From Sandaracinaceae bacterium (GTDB lineage: Bacteria > Myxococcota_A > Polyangia > Polyangiales > Sandaracinaceae), in contig JBGAQA010000016.1 in the NCBI GenBank assembly GCA_044220955.1, positions 38,286 to 102,285 on the forward strand: a DNA stretch of 64,000 nt, read 5' to 3'. The notes under the pieces were generated by a model, which saw nothing but the letters and a program-made list of their open reading frames with translations, was not told the origin of the DNA and did no database searches. Made by a program: the position numbers and the translations under genes. Shown here one piece after another: positions 59,319-64,000 of the stretch; position 1 is the first letter of the stretch; the number at the start of each line of letters is the position of its first letter.

Positions 59319-60416
59319 GTGCCCACGCGCGACGCGCTCGAGCTGCCCGAGATCGCGGACGACATCCGCGTCGCGCAGGCGCTGCCGGGGGTGCTCTACG
59401 GCGACCCTCGGTTCCACGCGCGCGTGCGCGAGCGCGTCTTCGCGCGTAGCTGGCAGCTGCTCGGTGGGAGCGCGGGCCTCGCGCGCGCCGGGCGCGTCTC
59501 GCCCGTCACGCTGCTCCCGGGCTGTCTCGACGAGCCGCTCGTTCTGACGCGCGATGGAGCGGGCGAGCACTGCCTGTCGAACGTCTGCACGCACCGCGCG
59601 AGCGTCGTGGTCGGTGCCGAGGGCGAGCTCTCGTCGCTCCGCTGCCCCTACCACGGGCGTCGCTTCGCCCTCGACGGACGCTTCCTCTCGGCGCCGCACT
59701 TCGAGGGCGCGGCGGGCTTTCCCTCGGCCGCCGACGATCTGCCGCGCCTGCCGCTCGCGCGCTGGGGCCCGCTCCGCTTCACCGCGCTCGATCCCGCGCA
59801 CGCGTTCGACTCCTGGATCGCGCCCCTCCGCGCCCGCGTCCCCTGGCTCGAGGACGCGCCCTACGTCGCCGCGCCGGCGCGCGCGCGCGACTACGAGCTC
59901 GCGGCGAGCTGGGCGCTCTACTGCGACAACTTCCTCGAGGGGCTGCACGTCCCCTTCGTCCACCCGGGGCTCGCGCGGGCGATCGACGACGACGCGTACG
60001 AGACCGAGCTCTTCGAGCTCGGCAGCCTGCAGATCGGCTTCGCGCGCCCGGGGCAGCCCGCGTTCGCGCCGCCGCCGGGCACGCGCGAGCACGGCCGCCG
60101 CGTGGCGGCCTACTGGTTCTGGCTCTTCCCGAACCTGATGTTGAACTTCTACCCGTGGGGTCTGTCCGTGAACGTCGTCGTGCCGACGGCGCTCGATCGG
60201 ACGCGCGTCGCGTACTCCGCGTGGGTGAGCGACCCCTCGCAGCTCGGCGCCGGTGCCGGCTTTGACCTCGACGAGGTCGAGCGCGAGGACGGCGAGATCG
60301 TGGAGAAGGTGCAGCGCGGCGTGCGCTCGCGTCTCTACGGCCGGGGCCGCTACTCGCCGTCGCGCGAGACCGGCGTCCACCACTTCCACCGGCTGCTCGT
60401 GCGCTCGCTCGCATGA
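59319..60416 (+). CDS. Rieske non-haem iron oxygenase alpha subunit (choline monooxygenase-like)
   Basis: Rieske NVCTHR..CPYH; mononuclear Fe DNFLEGLHVPFVH; ED..IVE.VQRG. Confidence 0.92.
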   Translation: MPTRDALELPEIADDIRVAQALPGVLYGDPRFHARVRERVFARSWQLLGGSAGLARAGRVSPVTLLPGCLDEPLVLTRDGAGEHCLSNVCTHRASVVVGAEGELSSLRCPYHGRRFALDGRFLSAPHFEGAAGFPSAADDLPRLPLARWGPLRFTALDPAHAFDSWIAPLRARVPWLEDAPYVAAPARARDYELAASWALYCDNFLEGLHVPFVHPGLARAIDDDAYETELFELGSLQIGFARPGQPAFAPPPGTREHGRRVAAYWFWLFPNLMLNFYPWGLSVNVVVPTALDRTRVAYSAWVSDPSQLGAGAGFDLDEVEREDGEIVEKVQRGVRSRLYGRGRYSPSRETGVHHFHRLLVRSLA

Positions 60417-60480
60417 GCCGCCAGACGGATGGAGGCCGAGCCTCGCCGCGGGGGGCCTCGATCGAGTAGCTTTGCCGGCC

Positions 60481-60975
60481 ATGCGCGGCGGGAAGCTCTG
60501 GATGGGATGCGCGCTCGTCGTGCTGGGGTGCGCCGGCGAGACGGCCGGGGCGGGGCCGAGCGCCCTCGCACCCGACCCGCGCGAGGGCACACGGCGCGCC
60601 GACGTCGAGGCCCCGGTCGTGCTCGCGCCGTCCGCCGCGGCCGTGGACCGCGCGCGGGTGGAGCTCCACACGCTCGAACCAGGGCTCGGCGAGGATGGCC
60701 AGGGACACAGCGTCCAGGCGCCCGCGCCCGTCGCGATCGATCTCGATGCTCGTACGTTCCCGCCCCGAGCGCTCGATCCCGTGCTGACGATCGGGCAGCT
60801 CCGCTTCACGCACTACACGCACCCCCGGCCCGGCGTGCTGCGCTTCGTGATCGCGGACGCCGCGCTTCTGGCTGGCGGTGAGGAGATCCGCGTCCACCAC
60901 GCGGCGGATGGATCCGACTCGCAGCTCGTCGTGACGATCGGCGAGGCGGAGCTGCGCGCCGCGAGGCAGCCATGA
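60481..60975 (+). CDS. Hypothetical lipoprotein
   Basis: Lipobox VLGC; ATGA-coupled to the next gene; GC3-biased frame. Confidence 0.6.
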   Translation: MRGGKLWMGCALVVLGCAGETAGAGPSALAPDPREGTRRADVEAPVVLAPSAAAVDRARVELHTLEPGLGEDGQGHSVQAPAPVAIDLDARTFPPRALDPVLTIGQLRFTHYTHPRPGVLRFVIADAALLAGGEEIRVHHAADGSDSQLVVTIGEAELRAARQP

Positions 60976-63572
60976 GGCGCGTCGCGCTGGGGCTGGTGCT
61001 CGCGCTCGTGCCCGCGTGCTCGGGCGAAGGGATGCCTGCCCCGTCGCTCTCCGACGCGGGCTGCGGCGCGATGGGCGTCGCGCCCGACCAGCCGACGATC
61101 GGGTGCCCGATGTCGCTCGATCTCGGCTGCATCCCGGCGGCAGGCGCGACCTTGAGCTACAGGGCGAGCGCGGCGAGCTGCAACGGGATCGTGCCCAGCG
61201 TGGTGTGCAGTCCGCCGAGCGGAAGCGTGGTCACCGCGCCCGGGATCGCGACGTGCACCGCCACGAGCCCCAGCGGCGCGCAGGCCTCGTGCAGCTTCCC
61301 GATCACCGGCCGCGTGACGGGCAGCGCCTCGCTCACCTGTGCGCCGACTGTCCACGTGGCATGCGAGCACGCGCTCACCGCCGTGAGCGTGCCCGCGCCC
61401 GTGGTGAGCCAGCCCTGCGAGGGCGGCATGGTGTCGTCGCCGACGAGCGATGCTCCCGCGGGCGGCTTCGCGGTCGGTACGACCCACGTCAGGTTCTCCG
61501 CGACCGGGCCGGACGGCGCTCCGCTGGGCTGCACGACCGACGTCGTCGTCGACGACACGGCGGCGCCGTCCATCACCTGTCCCGCGAGCGGCGGCACGCT
61601 CGTCCGCACCTCGCCGTCCGATGCGCCGACGCCGACGATCACGGCGACCGACGCGTGCGACGCGGAGGTGACGATCGCGATCGCGCCCTCGCCGGTGAGC
61701 GGCCCGAACCACCTCACGGCGACGGCGACCGACGCCGCCGGGCTCACGAGCACGTGCTCGTTCGACGTCGTGGTCGTGGACCTCTTCGCGCCGAGCGGGC
61801 TGCGCATCGTGTCGGCGCGGCTGGCCGTGGACGCGAGCACCGACGTCACCCTCGGCTGGAGCGACGACACGGGCGCGGACGTCACGCAGCTCGCCATCGA
61901 GCGCGCGGATGCGGCGTCCGGCCCCTACACGGAGCTCGCACGCGTCGACCCCACCTCGCTCACGTTCACCGACACGGCGATGCCCTCGCCCCGCGCGTAT
62001 TACCGCGTGGTGGCGCTGGGGGCGGGCGGCGAGCGCGGCGGCGCGAGCGACCCGCTGCGGGTGCTCGCGGTCCACGACGACGGCTACGAGCTCGCGTCGC
62101 AAGCGGTCCCGACCCTGTCCTTCGCGACCACGCTCTACGGCGTCGTGCGCACGCCGCTCGATCTGACGCACGACGGACCGTTCCCGCTCGTCGTGTTCCT
62201 GCACGGCAATCACGGCAACTGTCGCCCGGCCTCGGGCGACGACGAGTGCGTCACGCTCGACGAGCACGCGTGCACCGAGCCCGGCTACACGACCACGCCC
62301 AACGCGCAGGGATACCTCTACCTCATGGAGACCCTGGCCGCGGCCGGGTACGCCACGGTGAGCCTGAGCGCGAACGCGCTGAACTGCCGCGACGACTACA
62401 TCCCGGAGCGCACGCAGCTGATCCTCGAGCACCTGCGGCGCTGGCAGCGCTGGGCCACGAGCGCGGACGCGCCCTTCGGCGGCGCGTACCGGGGCGCGAT
62501 CGATCTCTCGCGGGTCGCGGTGGTCGGGCACTCGCGCGGCGGGGAAGCGGTCTCGCAGGTCTCCGCGGCCCTCGAGGCCACGCCGATCGCCGGCGTCGGC
62601 CTCGCGAGCGTCTTCGCGATCGCTCCGACCGACTACCACCGCAACACGCCGCTCCACGCGCCCTACGCGGTGCTCCTGCCGAGCTGCGACGCCGACGTCA
62701 CGACCCTCGAGGGCCTGCGCATGTACGACCGAGGGATGACGAGCGGTGATCCGGAGGACCGAGCGCAGATCCTCGTCGTCGGCGCCAACCACAACTACTT
62801 CAACACCGAGTGGCGCTACGACGACAACCTCGACCCGATGGGCCACGCGTGCGCGCCGGCGGCGCAGATCGGCGCGCCCGCGCAGCGAGGCCTGCTCGAG
62901 ATCGCGCTGCCCGACTGGCTCGAGGCGACCGTGCGCGCCCGTCCGATGCCGGCCTACCTGCGCGCCGACGCCGGCGCGCCGCCGATCCTCGAGCACTGGG
63001 CCGGGCGGGCGATCGAGCTGCGCGAGTCGTTCTCGTCCACGGAGCGCGTCGTCATCGATCGCTTCACCACCACGACCGAGGACGCGCTGGGCCTGCCGAG
63101 CACCTTCACCGGCTACACGGCCGCCGTCACGTGCACGGGCACCTGCTCGGGGAACTACCCACACCTCGTGCGCGGCGTGCGCCTCGCGTGGATGACGGCC
63201 GCGGCCACGACGCGTCTCGGGCTGGGATCGCTCGACGTCGGCGCCCACAGCGCCATCTCCATGCGCTTCGCGTCGCGCATGGCCACCATCAACGCGTCGA
63301 TCGCCACCCACGACTTCACCCTGCGCGTGGCAGACGCGGCGGGCCGCACGGCGGACGTCCTCGTCTCGACCACGGGCCGCGTCCCGGCGGCGTTCGGGGG
63401 CAACGACGCGGCCGAGGTGCTCTCGACGGTGCGTCTCCGCGTCGAGCGAATCCTGGCCGTCGAGCCCGCCCTCGACGTGCACGCGCTCGCGTCGATCGAG
63501 CTGATCATGCCGGTGAGCGGCCACGACCAGGGCTCGATATGGGTCGCGGACGTCGAGCTGGCCTCCGACTGA
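60972..63572 (+). CDS. Lipoprotein: HYR-like domains, FN3-like domain and alpha/beta hydrolase
   Basis: Lipobox VPAC; F.VG.T.V..SAT..C...VVV HYR-like repeats; PLVVFLHGNH, GHSRGG, CDAD, GANHNYFN. Confidence 0.85.
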   Translation: MRRVALGLVLALVPACSGEGMPAPSLSDAGCGAMGVAPDQPTIGCPMSLDLGCIPAAGATLSYRASAASCNGIVPSVVCSPPSGSVVTAPGIATCTATSPSGAQASCSFPITGRVTGSASLTCAPTVHVACEHALTAVSVPAPVVSQPCEGGMVSSPTSDAPAGGFAVGTTHVRFSATGPDGAPLGCTTDVVVDDTAAPSITCPASGGTLVRTSPSDAPTPTITATDACDAEVTIAIAPSPVSGPNHLTATATDAAGLTSTCSFDVVVVDLFAPSGLRIVSARLAVDASTDVTLGWSDDTGADVTQLAIERADAASGPYTELARVDPTSLTFTDTAMPSPRAYYRVVALGAGGERGGASDPLRVLAVHDDGYELASQAVPTLSFATTLYGVVRTPLDLTHDGPFPLVVFLHGNHGNCRPASGDDECVTLDEHACTEPGYTTTPNAQGYLYLMETLAAAGYATVSLSANALNCRDDYIPERTQLILEHLRRWQRWATSADAPFGGAYRGAIDLSRVAVVGHSRGGEAVSQVSAALEATPIAGVGLASVFAIAPTDYHRNTPLHAPYAVLLPSCDADVTTLEGLRMYDRGMTSGDPEDRAQILVVGANHNYFNTEWRYDDNLDPMGHACAPAAQIGAPAQRGLLEIALPDWLEATVRARPMPAYLRADAGAPPILEHWAGRAIELRESFSSTERVVIDRFTTTTEDALGLPSTFTGYTAAVTCTGTCSGNYPHLVRGVRLAWMTAAATTRLGLGSLDVGAHSAISMRFASRMATINASIATHDFTLRVADAAGRTADVLVSTTGRVPAAFGGNDAAEVLSTVRLRVERILAVEPALDVHALASIELIMPVSGHDQGSIWVADVELASD

Positions 63573-63648
63573 GGGGCCGCATCCGTCGCGTCATGCGTCG
63601 GGCCGGCGCGGGGGAGATCCGGTGAATTCCGTCGTACTCGTCACGGAG

Positions 63649-64000
63649 ATGCGGCGGCTCGCGCTCCTTCCCTGCCTCCTGGCTCTCGGCGCGGCCGCCG
63701 CGCTGGCCCAGCCGCGGGCGCCCGCGCGGGGACCGAACGCGGCCGTCGGCAGCGCACTCACGTTCTGCCTGCCCGGTCACCCGTTCGACGAGTGCGACGC
63801 CGCGCTCACGCTGGGGCTCGCGCCGCACGTCGAGGGCGCGCCGGAGGGCCCGGGGCGTCGTGTCGTCGCCCTGCACGCGCCCTGGCGCGCCGTGACCGCG
63901 CTCGGTACCGCGGGGCGCCCCGATCGCACGCGCGAGCTGCGCTTCGAGGGCTCGCTGCCCGCGGGAGCGGCGCGGCGACGCCTTCTGCGCACGTTCGACA
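63649..64000 (+). CDS. Secreted hypothetical protein, 3'-truncated by window edge
   Basis: ATG 63649 after GGAG; MRRLALLPCLLALGAAAALA|Q signal; frame open to the end of the window. Confidence 0.65.
   Translation, partial: MRRLALLPCLLALGAAAALAQPRAPARGPNAAVGSALTFCLPGHPFDECDAALTLGLAPHVEGAPEGPGRRVVALHAPWRAVTALGTAGRPDRTRELRFEGSLPAGAARRRLLRTFD

Overview
Very GC-rich (>70% by eye), densely coding bacterial DNA. MYXO-CTERM and CFI-box-CTERM sorting signals, several Hanks-type Ser/Thr kinases, an MXAN_5187-type domain and many Cys-rich lipoproteins point to Myxococcota (probably Polyangiales/Sandaracinaceae-like; inference). About 55 real genes; most long ORFs in the supplied track are GC-shadow frames. 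Content: protein quality control (clpP end, cyclophilin, hrcA-grpE-dnaK, htpG), DNA repair (mutY, xth, MutS-V-type), signalling, many secreted/lipoproteins, a VapBC-like TA pair and a RAYT. Top candidates: (1) a ~500-nt compositionally distinct intergenic element at ~18.88-19.40 kb that by eye folds into a closed multi-domain RNA with pseudoknot-type complementarities and matches no RNA class I recognise; (2) a 1308-aa ORF built as two surface proteins in tandem, with an internal MYXO-CTERM anchor running directly into a second signal peptide (possible polyprotein); (3) a RAYT bounded by 67-bp terminal inverted repeats directly behind dnaK; (4) a divergent kinase-receiver / Hpt-receiver pair. 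All calls are by-eye motif recognition; no searches or folding programs were run.
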